Source: Trueperaceae bacterium
GTDB lineage: Bacteria > Deinococcota > Deinococci > Deinococcales > Trueperaceae
Direction of reading: 5' to 3'
Length of the DNA: 48,039 nucleotides
NCBI GenBank assembly: GCA_024642575.1
Contig: JAHEBB010000001.1
Span: forward strand, 1-48,039
In this document: positions 25,349 to 34,314 of the stretch, piece by piece
Layout of the letters: every line of letters starts with the position of its first letter
Numbering within the stretch: the first letter of the stretch is position 1
The notes under the pieces: generated by a model
What the model was told of the DNA's origin: nothing
Seen by the model: only the letters and a program-made list of their open reading frames with translations
Database searches by the model: none
Program-made: the position numbers and the translations under genes

Positions 25349-25837
25349 ATGATCATAACAGGGAATCTGATAGCTAAAACGGACTTAAATGCAATACGAA
25401 ATTTAAATGCTATGCGAGATAAAGTATTGGTCTATGCCAATTTGCGTAAACACCAATCTGTTGAAACCCTAGATAGGGTTTCTGATTCTAGATTGAACCC
25501 CTTTTTCTTGGACTTAATAGAGGGTCAAACTACTTTTATAAACCAATTAACGTTGCTGAACTTCAGCGAATTTGAGTCAAGTAACACTTATAAACAAAGA
25601 TGCCCGGGTTCACTCGCAAGCCAAAATCCTATAAAAGAAACGCTAAATCTTTTAGAGACTGATTGTTGCATTTATCAAGAGCTACTTGGCCTAACAATGG
25701 CTGCTAATTTAAGAGCTGTTATTGAGGCTCAACTTTTAAGCATTAGAGGGAATGCCGCCTATCTGAATCGGTATTTGAGGAATCATCTGGAAAGGCAAGA
25801 TAATTATAGTTTGCATGGCTCGAGCCATGCTTATTAA
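25349..25837 (+). CDS. Hypothetical protein, 162 aa, in an AT-rich region
   Basis: Only the open frame supports it. There is no convincing RBS and I recognise no motif. Its last codons contain the 18-bp perfect palindrome GCATGGCTCGAGCCATGC (25813-25830). Confidence 0.35.
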   Translation: MIITGNLIAKTDLNAIRNLNAMRDKVLVYANLRKHQSVETLDRVSDSRLNPFFLDLIEGQTTFINQLTLLNFSEFESSNTYKQRCPGSLASQNPIKETLNLLETDCCIYQELLGLTMAANLRAVIEAQLLSIRGNAAYLNRYLRNHLERQDNYSLHGSSHAY

Positions 25838-26038
25838 GCAAACTTATCTTCCTCTTGAGCTTAAATTAAAGCAAAAAAGGGAAGGTAAACCACTTATGCT
25901 TTATTCATACCTATTCCCAGGGCTAATAAGGTCGTCACTGACTTAGTTTTTCACAATAAATGCCCTTACTACTTAGAAGTGTAAACCTGAATCTATTTTT
26001 TTGCCGCCATGATTATTAGAACTGAAAAAAGTTTTGGA

Positions 26039-27160
26039 CTAGCCCTTTGTCATCTTTATACTTGGTAACCTTTGATTTAAGTTAAGTACATTATAGGTTT
26101 TGCAAATTTCTAAAACCTTTTGAAGGGGAATAGCCTCAGCTGTATTTCCGCCATGACCCCTCACACTTGTTGCCATAAACATAGAATTATAGATAGCCTC
26201 TTCGGTAGCCTCAACGACAGCCATAAATAGGCTGTTCATCGTGGCATTGGCTAGCAGTGAAACAGAAGGTTCCAGTATGCCTTGTTCATGTGGGATGCGG
26301 TACGCGGTTGAAAACGCAAGGGCGTAGTCACCTGAACCATTAAACATAGGAGAGCCTGTGCGAGCTAAACCAAATAAGGCACGTTTGGCTAATCGTTTGA
26401 GATTGCGGGCAGATAATGGGGCATCGGTAGCAATCACAATCATGCAAGAACCTTGCGCTTGCTGACCCGTTGTGTAGTTGCTAAATGAAAAACTGCCAAG
26501 TTCTCGCCCAACAGGTGCGCCGTTAATCGTTAAAAGACCACCATAATTACTCTGTACCAGTACGCCAACACTAAAGCCTCCAAGATCTTTGGGAAGAATT
26601 CTTGAAGAACTGCCGATGCCACCTTTAAAACCAAAACAGGTTGTGCCTGTTCCTGCACCAACGCTTCCCTCTTCAACAAGACCCGAAGTCGCGGCTTCAA
26701 GAGCCTCTTTAATATTTTTTTCGGTAACGTGCATGCTCCGAATATCATTGAGGAACCCATCATTGGTTTCTCCTACAATTGCGTTGACAGAGCTAACATG
26801 TTCATTGCCAGCTTGCGCTAAGGTGTAGCGAATTAAGCCTTGTAAAGCGATGCCTACACTTAAGGTATTGGTTAAGGCAATTGGGGTTTCAAGGTTGCCG
26901 AGTTCTTTGACCTGGGTATAGCCAGCCATTTTGCCGAAAGCATTACCCAGATAGATTGCCGCAGGTACTTTTTCCTGAAAGATATTAGCGCCATGCGGCA
27001 AAATGACAGTGACGCCTGTGCGGACAGATTCCCCTTGCCAAACCGTTTTGTGACCGACTTTTACTCCTTTAACATCGGTAATGGCATTGAGCTTTCCTGT
27101 AGGCAAGATGCCTACTTCGATGCCAATATCACGTGCTCTAACCCTGCTTGAGTTCTTCAT
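26039..27160 (-). CDS. P1/S58 family peptidase (DmpA-like L-aminopeptidase / D-esterase)
   Basis: ARDIGIEVGILPTGKLNAITDVKGVKVGH at the N-terminus and GAGTGTTCFGFKGGIGSSSR around the self-processing/nucleophile region are typical of the DmpA/Ntn family. The track ORF starts at a TTG (27169); I use the ATG at 27160. Confidence 0.8.
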   Translation of the reverse strand: MKNSSRVRARDIGIEVGILPTGKLNAITDVKGVKVGHKTVWQGESVRTGVTVILPHGANIFQEKVPAAIYLGNAFGKMAGYTQVKELGNLETPIALTNTLSVGIALQGLIRYTLAQAGNEHVSSVNAIVGETNDGFLNDIRSMHVTEKNIKEALEAATSGLVEEGSVGAGTGTTCFGFKGGIGSSSRILPKDLGGFSVGVLVQSNYGGLLTINGAPVGRELGSFSFSNYTTGQQAQGSCMIVIATDAPLSARNLKRLAKRALFGLARTGSPMFNGSGDYALAFSTAYRIPHEQGILEPSVSLLANATMNSLFMAVVEATEEAIYNSMFMATSVRGHGGNTAEAIPLQKVLEICKTYNVLNLNQRLPSIKMTKG

Positions 27161-27410
27161 AGTAAGCAAGTCTTACACTTATGACACTTGCTGAATAGAG
27201 GCTTCACTCAAAGGTTGTTGACCGCAGGCCTATTTAACCGATGGTTTGGTATACCTCAGTTGAGGTGAGGGCTAAGCCTTTTAAAGAATGACTCAAGCGT
27301 CTTGTAGCCTTGCATGACTGAGTATAAAATGAACCAACCTATTTTAAACGGGCGTTCAATGACTTGAACCTATCGGCACTCAGAATTCTTAAAGATACAA
27401 GGAGTTGGCT

Positions 27411-28346
27411 ATGCAAAGTACCAGTATTTACTACCCACAAGATGGCGGCGTTGAACTCATTGACTTAGATATTTCTGACCCAAAAGAAAACGAAGTGCAA
27501 ATCCAGGGAGGAGCTTGTGGCATTTGCTCCTGGGATATTGCTACAGCTAAACTTGGTGACCGAATGGTGCCTAAAGCGCCCGCAGGGCACGAGGGCGTAG
27601 GCTACGTTGCCAAAGTAGGGAAGGGGGTTACAGGACTTAAAGAGGGCGACCGCGTAGCTGGAGGTGGTTTTGCAACCTTGAGGAATATTGCTGAATCGCT
27701 TGTTTACAAACTCCCTGATTCAAATTTAGCAGATGAATACTGGGTGGTTGAACCTGTTTCTTGTGCGGTGACAGGTCTAGATCACTGTCATTTACGCCCT
27801 GGCGATAAAGTTGCAGTGATTGGTGCAGGTTTTATGGGGCTACTCATTTTGCAGGCTTTAGCTAAGTCATTTGCTGCTGAAGTCGTAGCGATTGATGTTG
27901 TTCAAAGTCGGCTCGAGCTTGCACAAAGTTTTGGCATTAAGGCAATCTATAACTCAGCTCAGATGGACCCTGAGCAACTTATTAAAAGTTTAAAAGAGTA
28001 TGCTTTTGATGTGGTTGTCGATACCTCAGGCGTGCAGGCCGGACTTGACCTGGCGACAGAGATTGTGAAAACAGGCGGACTCATTAATCTTTTTGGCTGG
28101 ATGAAAGGTGAGACAGCAAACTTTAACCCAACCAAGTGGCATCTGGGTGGCTTTAGACTGGTCAATTCCTCACCAATGGCAAAGTTACGTGACCCTTTTC
28201 CCCCCGCCATTCGCCTGATGCATGAGGGAATTATTGATTTGCGTCCTTTGGTAAGCCATATTGACACGCTCGAGCACTACCCAAATCTAATGCAGCGTAT
28301 TATGCATGGTGATAAGCAATATTTAAAAGGGGTTATCAAGTTATGA
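27411..28346 (+). CDS. Zinc-type medium-chain alcohol/polyol dehydrogenase family protein
   Basis: AAGGAG lies 6 nt upstream of the ATG at 27411 (the track starts at the TTG at 27405). Motifs are GACGICSWD, GHEGVGYV and the Rossmann motif VAVIGAGFMG. Confidence 0.85.
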   Translation: MQSTSIYYPQDGGVELIDLDISDPKENEVQIQGGACGICSWDIATAKLGDRMVPKAPAGHEGVGYVAKVGKGVTGLKEGDRVAGGGFATLRNIAESLVYKLPDSNLADEYWVVEPVSCAVTGLDHCHLRPGDKVAVIGAGFMGLLILQALAKSFAAEVVAIDVVQSRLELAQSFGIKAIYNSAQMDPEQLIKSLKEYAFDVVVDTSGVQAGLDLATEIVKTGGLINLFGWMKGETANFNPTKWHLGGFRLVNSSPMAKLRDPFPPAIRLMHEGIIDLRPLVSHIDTLEHYPNLMQRIMHGDKQYLKGVIKL

Positions 28347-28397
28347 GATGGGCCAAAAAAGCTCGACTAACCTATTAACACTCTCTCGTACCAAGTG

Positions 28398-28431
28398 CTT
28401 AGGCTTTTAGCTACTCTGCTATAAGCCTAAG
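28398..28431. terminator. Weak hairpin between convergent genes; possible bidirectional terminator
   Basis: CTTAGGCTT (28398-28406) pairs with AAGCCTAAG (28423-28431) around a 16-nt loop. There is no clear U-run on either strand. Confidence 0.3.
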
Positions 28432-28481
28432 TAAATCAAGAAGTTTCGGTTTACTTTCAAGGTAATAAATAAAATTATGAC

Positions 28482-29735
28482 TTAGGGATTCCAATAATTG
28501 CCACTCATAATAAGTAAGCACAAAAGCGTCACGGAGTCTTCATAATAATCTTCATGGTCTTGATAAACGCTATCGTAAAGACTATTAAGCCAAGATTGCT
28601 GGCTGGGCTCGAGCATAGCGGCTACCCCAAAGGGTGCAACAAAGAAACTGCTGAAGTAGTCGCCGATAGGGTTGCCATCAAGGGTATAACCCGCTTTTAT
28701 GTTCTCAACTATGCCTTCAGAAGCCGTTTGCAACCAGAGACTCATTTTTTGCGCTTGGGCCTTAGAGGTCGCATCGTTATTTAATAGGGCATCGCTGCCA
28801 ATGCGAAAGGGGTCGCGGCCGGCATTGTAAAAGAAATGACCATCATGCGGCCCTTCAAGAAAATCTTCTTCCGCAGGACAGTATGCATGACCATCAGCAC
28901 AAGTATTTACAATAAAGTCAGGCAGCAGACCTGTCTTAGAGGCGTAACCACTCTGAATGTCGTCAATCACTTTTTGGGTTGCAGTAATGACATCAATCCA
29001 ATAATTACTATCGACGACTGCCCCATAGGCACGAAAATGTGCAGGCATAAAATCTGAACTCCGTGGGCTATATTGATTGTATTGCTCATTATCTGGAATA
29101 CCGCTTGCCCAATCACCTAATAAGGGAAGCTTGCTAACTTTGCCCATGGTTGATTCACGTATTGCAGTAATAAGCGTTTGGGCTTCTGCTAGATAATCAA
29201 TCCGCCCATTGCTACCCCACTGACGATTGGCTAACAGCAGGGCGTATGCCATATCTGCGTCTCCATCAAAGGCACTATCATTGCCATTTAAACTGGGTAC
29301 TCGAAAACCCATGAGGCGAGAGTCGATATCACTTGGGTGTGAGCTCGCAAAAACCCAAAGCCCATCAAACAAGGTCTGTGCCTTGGGTTCGTAACCCGCC
29401 ATAAGGGCAACAATGAGCATGCCGTAGCCTTGTCCTTCGGATACGGTAACTTCGTAATTATCGGTGCCAGGTTTGCCAAAGGCGATGCGGTAAAGAATTT
29501 GTCCATTTGAAGACTCCGCTTCAACAAGATAATTCTTTTTCCAGTAGCCATAGAAGGCGCGTACATCGTCATCGAGTTGTTCTTGACTACGGTGATTGGG
29601 TTTTATCGTGCTCGGAGCATAGACAAAGTGTTGAGGAAAAGGCTTTTTCGGTAGAGAATCGCTGGTGTTTTGTGCCGAACCGAAGGTGCAGCTATTAAGA
29701 AAAAGCAAAAAACTAAGTAAGAATAGTTTATACAT
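28482..29735 (-). CDS. Secreted glycoside hydrolase family 8 (chitosanase/endoglucanase-type); possible lipoprotein
   Basis: The signal peptide MYKLFLLSFLLFLNSC has a marginal lipobox. The catalytic-acid block is VSEGQGYGMLI. AFDGDADMAYALLLANRQW matches the GH8 signature A-[ST]-D-[AG]-D-x2-[IM]-A-x-[SA]-[LIVM]-[LIVMG]-x-A-x3-[FW] except at position 2. Confidence 0.8.
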   Translation of the reverse strand: MYKLFLLSFLLFLNSCTFGSAQNTSDSLPKKPFPQHFVYAPSTIKPNHRSQEQLDDDVRAFYGYWKKNYLVEAESSNGQILYRIAFGKPGTDNYEVTVSEGQGYGMLIVALMAGYEPKAQTLFDGLWVFASSHPSDIDSRLMGFRVPSLNGNDSAFDGDADMAYALLLANRQWGSNGRIDYLAEAQTLITAIRESTMGKVSKLPLLGDWASGIPDNEQYNQYSPRSSDFMPAHFRAYGAVVDSNYWIDVITATQKVIDDIQSGYASKTGLLPDFIVNTCADGHAYCPAEEDFLEGPHDGHFFYNAGRDPFRIGSDALLNNDATSKAQAQKMSLWLQTASEGIVENIKAGYTLDGNPIGDYFSSFFVAPFGVAAMLEPSQQSWLNSLYDSVYQDHEDYYEDSVTLLCLLIMSGNYWNP

Positions 29736-30071
29736 GGCTTGAGACTCCCCGTAAAGCGAATGAAATATATCTATATTATCTTACAGGTATCAAAATTGGC
29801 AGCTACTTTTGTTTTTGAGTGTAAGTTCACTTAACCCTAAAAATAAAAACACTGTCTAGAAGGGTGTTTTTATTTGGCATGCGATGATGGGCTCGAGCCG
29901 CCAACTCTGTGCTTATAAAACCAAACCGAAAAGGGGGTGTAACAATCCCTAGCTTGTTTAAGTGTACGACCAAATAGGTTAGGGATGATAGTAAAATCAT
30001 CGATTCTGATCTGAAATTAAGTTATCAATGGAGCTTCACAGCCTAGCTCTTTTTATCATAATTTCCTCTTC

Positions 30072-30236
30072 TATAGGCTTTTCAATTTTTATCGATAAAC
30101 ATCGGAGGGCTCAAACCGATTCCGTTTTTACTCGTCATTCCGCCTTTAGCCCCAGCGAAGGCTGGGGGAGACTGGAATCCATAGCCTAATATTCGCCGAA
30201 ACCTGCATTTGCAATTCTCAAATAATTTTAGAAAGA
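30072..30236 (+). repeat. Copy 1 of a ~165-bp intergenic repeat with an internal conserved hairpin
   Basis: It aligns along its full length, with scattered substitutions and no large indels, to 40256-40419 in the same orientation. The shared core is TCGTCATTCCGCCTTTAGCCCCAGCGAAGGCTGGGGGAG. The hairpin is CCCCAGC (30150-30156), GAAG, GCTGGGG (30161-30167), and it can be extended by ATTCCGCC pairing with GGCTGGAAT-like arms. Confidence 0.85.
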
Positions 30237-30309
30237 CCATAGAACGAATAAAAACTGTTTTGCTTGTCAAATCACTTGACCATAAGCATACCCAATCAGC
30301 AACACTACT

Positions 30310-31116
30310 TTACTCAATACCTGTTGTCAAACCCCTAATAAATTGCCGCTGAAAAATCAAATAGATAATAATTAAAGGTGTACTTACGATGGTTGCACCT
30401 GCTGCAAGTAAGGGGATATTTACGGTGTAGCGACCTTGAAAAAAAGCTAGCCCAACAGGTAAGGTACGCAACTCGTCTTTTGAGATTAAAATGAGCGGGA
30501 GCAAAAAATCATTCCAGTTCCAGATAAAGAAAAAGACGATAAGTACGTTAATGGTTGGCCGAGAAAGTGGAACCAAAACACGCCATAAGATAGCGCTTCG
30601 GCTAGCACCATCTAGAACCGCAGCATCTACCAAACTTTGGGGTGCGCCTTTAAAGCTTGCCCAGAGCAAATAACTGCCAAAGGGTATCGAGAGGGCAACA
30701 TCTGGCAAGATAAGCGCCCAGTAGGTATCTAGTAATTTTAGGCTGCGTAAGGTGTAGTAAAGAGGAATGATTAGACCCTCGAGTGGCACAATAAGCCCTA
30801 ATAAAAACAGCGCAAAGACAATGCTGCGTCCAGGAAGGGGTAAATGAGCAAGGGCATAAGCACTTAAAATAGAAAATAAAGTAGCCAGGATGACCACAGG
30901 TATTATCACGATAAGGGAATTAACAAAGTAAATATTAAAATGCCCTTGCGTCCAGGCGTCTGTAAAGTTTTGCCAGTTGAGCCTTTCAGGTAAGGTAAAA
31001 ACACCTTTGGCTAATTCAGGTTGGGTTTTAAAAGCGGTGAGCAGGGTTAAAAAAAAAGGTACGAGAATTGTCAAAGTAAATAAAATGAGTACAGCATAAA
31101 GTAAAAAACGTTTCAT
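30310..31116 (-). CDS. Carbohydrate ABC transporter permease (MalG/CUT1-type)
   Basis: 268 aa with six predicted TM segments. An EAA-like loop is present (AAVLDGASRSAILWRVLVPLSRP). There is a 4-bp overlap with the upstream permease gene. Confidence 0.9.
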   Translation of the reverse strand: MKRFLLYAVLILFTLTILVPFFLTLLTAFKTQPELAKGVFTLPERLNWQNFTDAWTQGHFNIYFVNSLIVIIPVVILATLFSILSAYALAHLPLPGRSIVFALFLLGLIVPLEGLIIPLYYTLRSLKLLDTYWALILPDVALSIPFGSYLLWASFKGAPQSLVDAAVLDGASRSAILWRVLVPLSRPTINVLIVFFFIWNWNDFLLPLILISKDELRTLPVGLAFFQGRYTVNIPLLAAGATIVSTPLIIIYLIFQRQFIRGLTTGIE

Positions 31117-32024
31117 ACTTTGCGTTCCTGATAGCGTCGTAAAAAGAGCGCAATTAAAATCGTAAATATAGTCAAGATAACGGCAATGCTTGCTCCATAC
31201 CCTACTGCTTTTTGCTTAAATGCTTTTTCATAGAGGTAAAGAGAAGTGACAAGGGTGCTATCTCCTGGACCACCCCGAGTGGTCACAAAAACCACATCAA
31301 ATACTTTTAGGGCGGTAATAAAGGTAAACATCATGACTACGCCAATTTCACGGCGCAAATCAGGCAAGGTGATGTACCAGAATTGCTGTAATGCGCTTGC
31401 TCCATCAAGTCCAGCAGCATCGTAAAGATGGGGCTCAATTTTTTGAATTCCTGCCAAAAAGACCACCATGCAAAAACCATAAAAGTACCAGGTAGCAACT
31501 ATTCCCAGACTTGGCAAGGCCCAGTCAAAATCGCCAAGCCATGGCCGTGCTAGTGCTTTTAAGCCAATTGCTTTAAGAATTTGATTGATAGGACCATTGA
31601 CGGGCGAATAAAGCCAGCGCCAGATGATGCCAATCAAAACCATAGGCAAAATTTGAGGTAAAAAGAGTAAGGTGCGAAATAGGGTAACGCCCTTAAACCA
31701 CCTTTGGTGGAGAATGCTTGAGAGCACTAAGCCTAAAACTATTGGAATAATGCTATAAAAAATCACAAACTGCAAATTATGGAAAATGCCTTGCCAGAAA
31801 AGCTTGTCTTGAAAAAGTTTTAGATAATTCCCCAAACCTAACCAAACTGGTCTACCAATGCCTGCCCAATCATGAAAGCTATACCAGAATGTTAACCCAA
31901 GTGGGTAGAGAACTAAGGCGGCAAAGATAAAAAAACCGGGCAGCAAATAAACCCAGCCCGTGTACCAGCGGTCACCTGGGCGCATGGTAATGCCACGCGC
32001 CCAGTTTGCTTGCTCTTTAGCCAT
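31113..32024 (-). CDS. Carbohydrate ABC transporter permease (MalF/CUT1-type)
   Basis: 303 aa. The EAA loop is YDAAGLDGASALQQFWYITLPDLRREI, and multiple TM segments are present. Confidence 0.9.
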   Translation of the reverse strand: MAKEQANWARGITMRPGDRWYTGWVYLLPGFFIFAALVLYPLGLTFWYSFHDWAGIGRPVWLGLGNYLKLFQDKLFWQGIFHNLQFVIFYSIIPIVLGLVLSSILHQRWFKGVTLFRTLLFLPQILPMVLIGIIWRWLYSPVNGPINQILKAIGLKALARPWLGDFDWALPSLGIVATWYFYGFCMVVFLAGIQKIEPHLYDAAGLDGASALQQFWYITLPDLRREIGVVMMFTFITALKVFDVVFVTTRGGPGDSTLVTSLYLYEKAFKQKAVGYGASIAVILTIFTILIALFLRRYQERKV

Positions 32025-32036
32025 ATACCTGTTTCA

Positions 32037-33317
32037 TTATTGTTTGCTGAGGTGCTCCTGAAAATCTTTGTCCAGTATAGCTACAAATTCTTCAGGTGTG
32101 ACTCTACTTGCCTCGAGCTGTTGAATCGCTGAAGTCGTCGTATCATAAAAACTTGGTGTTGCCCAGTCTATGTAATGACCCATCGCATTGGCTTCGTTGA
32201 TTTTTTGCCAGGCAATATAAGTATCAGCCACCAGGCTGCCTTCTTGAATTAAGCTTTCATCAGCTTTCATGGCAGGAACCAGACCCGCCTCTAACCAAAG
32301 GTCAGCTGCTCGTGGTGAATGCATAAAGTTAATGTATTCGGCGGCGAGGTCAGCATTTTTTGAATTAACGCTTATGGTAAAGGGAACTTCGGTACCGGCA
32401 ATATGGGGTGGAATCGTGCCCTTGTTGGCTGCCAAGGGCGGCATCAAGAAAAACCCAATATCAGGATTACTAACAAATTCACCGGTAATCCAGGTACCCG
32501 TAATCATCATGGCAGCTTGCCCTTGTAAAAATAGACCCCATGAATCATCATAGCCAATACCAGAAAAGCCTTCGGTCAGGTAGCCCTGCTTCACCCAATC
32601 TTGAATGATGCGAGCAGCTTCAATATTGCCATCAGTAATCCAGGTACCCCCGCGGGCAAAAATCAGCTCGTCAAGCTCTTCAGTTGTGCTAAAAAGATGC
32701 TGCACACTGCTGTACAAGTGTATCCCTGGCCAACCCTCAAGATTTCCATAAGCTAGCGGTGTAATGCCAGCAGCCTTGAGGCTAGCAAAACTTGTTTGCA
32801 TCTCTTCAAACGTTTCAGGAATACTAATACCGGCTTGTTTGAAAATCGCTTTGTTGTAATAAACGCCGACAAACTGAGCGGTTGAGGCCATTCCATAAAG
32901 ATGCCCAATCCCAAACTTGTGATCATCTGACCAGCGAAAACGGTCAATCAGTTTAGATGAGTACAGGTCAGCCCAACCATATTTTTCGGCATAGGTGTCA
33001 AGATTTAAGAGTAAGCCTGCTTTGACAGCAGCTCCCATATCGTTAGCGCCTTGATTAACCATCGCAATGTCGGGTGGGTCATTAGAGCTAAGTGCTAAAT
33101 TTACTGTGGCAATCAAATCGTCAAAAGACATACTATTGCGCTCAATCGTTACGCCTGGATGCGCCTCCAAGAACTCCTTATTTAGTTGCTCTTGTACTGA
33201 ATTGGTGACACCGCGATTAAGCAAATCCCACTCTTTTAAGGTTTGTGCGGAGGCTACAGAGAGTAGCAGTAAAAGGCCGATAAGTAGTTTCTTCACGTTG
33301 TCCTCCCTCGAGAACAT
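32037..33317 (-). CDS. Extracellular sugar-binding protein (ABC family 1 SBP)
   Basis: The signal peptide is KKLLIGLLLLLSVASAQ. The length is typical of CUT1 SBPs. The likely true start is the GTG at 33296 (VKKLL), which has GGAGG 5 nt upstream; the track ATG is at 33317. Confidence 0.88.
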   Translation of the reverse strand: MFSREDNVKKLLIGLLLLLSVASAQTLKEWDLLNRGVTNSVQEQLNKEFLEAHPGVTIERNSMSFDDLIATVNLALSSNDPPDIAMVNQGANDMGAAVKAGLLLNLDTYAEKYGWADLYSSKLIDRFRWSDDHKFGIGHLYGMASTAQFVGVYYNKAIFKQAGISIPETFEEMQTSFASLKAAGITPLAYGNLEGWPGIHLYSSVQHLFSTTEELDELIFARGGTWITDGNIEAARIIQDWVKQGYLTEGFSGIGYDDSWGLFLQGQAAMMITGTWITGEFVSNPDIGFFLMPPLAANKGTIPPHIAGTEVPFTISVNSKNADLAAEYINFMHSPRAADLWLEAGLVPAMKADESLIQEGSLVADTYIAWQKINEANAMGHYIDWATPSFYDTTTSAIQQLEASRVTPEEFVAILDKDFQEHLSKQ

Positions 33318-33386
33318 GCTAGAACGAGAGTCCCATAGTTTCTAATTAGTATAGTCAAACGACTGCTCTTAAAACGCATCACCTCC

Positions 33387-34148
33387 CTAATCAAGAACCA
33401 GCGAAAAGCTAGCTCTTTGGCGTTGCTGGCGCTGGCTCAAAACAGCTACCTTGAAACGGTCACCTCGAAAGGCTGACTTAAAAAATTCTAGGGGTTGGTT
33501 CTCTTTATTAAAACTGGTACCTTCAATCAGGAGCATACTTGTTCCCTTGGCTAGCCCCAGATGTTCTTCCTCAAACGGGTTGGCCACTGACGCCTCAATG
33601 GTTTGCTCGGCCTGCTCGAGCCGCACACCATAAATATCTTCAAGGATGGAATAAAGCGAAGCCTCATTTAAATTCATGCTTTCTAAACCTGCAAAGCGAG
33701 CGGCCGAAAAATAATTCCGCTCAATAGCCATAGGCACGTTTTCAATAAGACGTACCCGCACAATTTCTATGACCTCACGTTTTTCTAAAAGAGCCAGGGC
33801 TCGACTTATCTGAATAGAAGCAGGTTGTACTCTTTGCGAAAGAACTTTTGAACTTAGTTTGCTTTTTCGTCCGAGCATCGTATCGGTAAAACTCAGCATA
33901 TTGATTGCGTCATAGGTGAGTTTGGGTTCAGCGACAAAACTGCCAACCCCAGACTTTACGATAACCAAACCCTCACGCTCGAGGCTTGCGAGAGCTTGTC
34001 TGACGGTCATGCGGCTTATGCCATAATTGTTACTCAAGTCACGCTCTGCTGGCAATTTGTCGCCTGGCAATAGTTGACCTGAGGCAATCTGCTCACGCAT
34101 GATTTCTACCAGCTGGTAATAAAGGGGAGTGGATAGCGTTTTATCCAT
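33387..34148 (-). CDS. GntR/HutC-family transcriptional regulator (DasR/NagR-like; wHTH plus UTRA domain)
   Basis: From the ATG at 34148: MDKTLSTPLYYQLVEIMREQIASGQLLPGDKLPAERDLSNNYGISRMTVRQALASLEREGLV, a GntR wHTH, followed by a UTRA-like C-terminal domain. The 48-codon N-terminal extension in the track ORF (to 34292) looks non-coding. It would also run over the operator sites. Confidence 0.85.
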   Translation of the reverse strand: MDKTLSTPLYYQLVEIMREQIASGQLLPGDKLPAERDLSNNYGISRMTVRQALASLEREGLVIVKSGVGSFVAEPKLTYDAINMLSFTDTMLGRKSKLSSKVLSQRVQPASIQISRALALLEKREVIEIVRVRLIENVPMAIERNYFSAARFAGLESMNLNEASLYSILEDIYGVRLEQAEQTIEASVANPFEEEHLGLAKGTSMLLIEGTSFNKENQPLEFFKSAFRGDRFKVAVLSQRQQRQRASFSLVLD

Positions 34149-34191
34149 ACCAATAAAGAATTCTCCGAAACCTCTTGAAGTATTATATTTC

Positions 34192-34203
34192 TGGTCTATA
34201 CCA
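34192..34203. promoter_or_regulatory. dre/NagR-like operator half-degenerate site upstream of the regulator gene
   Basis: TGGTCTATACCA has one mismatch to the palindromic core TGGTCTAGACCA. It lies 44 bp upstream of the regulator ATG, which fits autoregulation. Confidence 0.5.
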
Positions 34204-34285
34204 CAAAACATAGCAGACAAGATAGGGATTGTCAACGTGCTCTTGAAAACCATTAGAGGCTTAAATGATGGGCTTTTGGTCTTGA

Positions 34286-34314
34286 TTGACAAGTTCGAAC
34301 TAGCTTGCTAATCT
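34286..34314 (+). promoter_or_regulatory. Sigma-70-like promoter of the GH4-nagB-kinase operon
   Basis: The -35 box is TTGACA (34286-34291). A 17-nt spacer follows. The -10 box is TAATCT (34309-34314), 33 nt upstream of the ATG at 34348. An RBS, GAGAGGA, lies at 34337-34343. Confidence 0.55.

Noticed and set aside
27253-27266. A 14-bp palindrome, ACCTCAGTTGAGGT, lies in the DmpA/dehydrogenase divergent spacer.
   Set aside because: It is short and has no adjacent regulator gene or recognisable promoter geometry. It could easily arise by chance.
25825-27911. CTCGAG-free stretches (25825-27911, 40001-41764 covering GH53, 46357-47795 covering pip paralog 2, 14654-16285) as possible signs of recent horizontal acquisition.
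   Set aside because: With about 97 sites the mean spacing is about 0.5 kb. Under a Poisson model a largest gap of about 2 kb among ~97 intervals is expected by chance. The window alone cannot support an HGT claim; genome-wide density and composition statistics are needed.
30082-30270. A 62-aa minus-strand ORF lies in the GH8/ABC spacer.
   Set aside because: It lies almost wholly inside copy 1 of the 165-bp repeat. The second copy (40256-40419) does not preserve the frame, so the conservation is at DNA/RNA level, not protein level.
33347-33358. A possible third dre-like site, TAGTATAGTCAA, lies upstream of the sugar SBP gene.
   Set aside because: It matches the TGGTCTAGACCA core at only about 8 of 12 positions. 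That is too weak to call without a position weight matrix.
34149-34292. The 48-codon N-terminal extension of the GntR regulator in the ORF track (MSIKTKSPSFKPL...).
   Set aside because: GntR wHTH domains begin right at the N-terminus. The internal ATG at 34148 gives a canonical start (MDKTLSTPLYYQL). The extension would cover the operator-containing control region.
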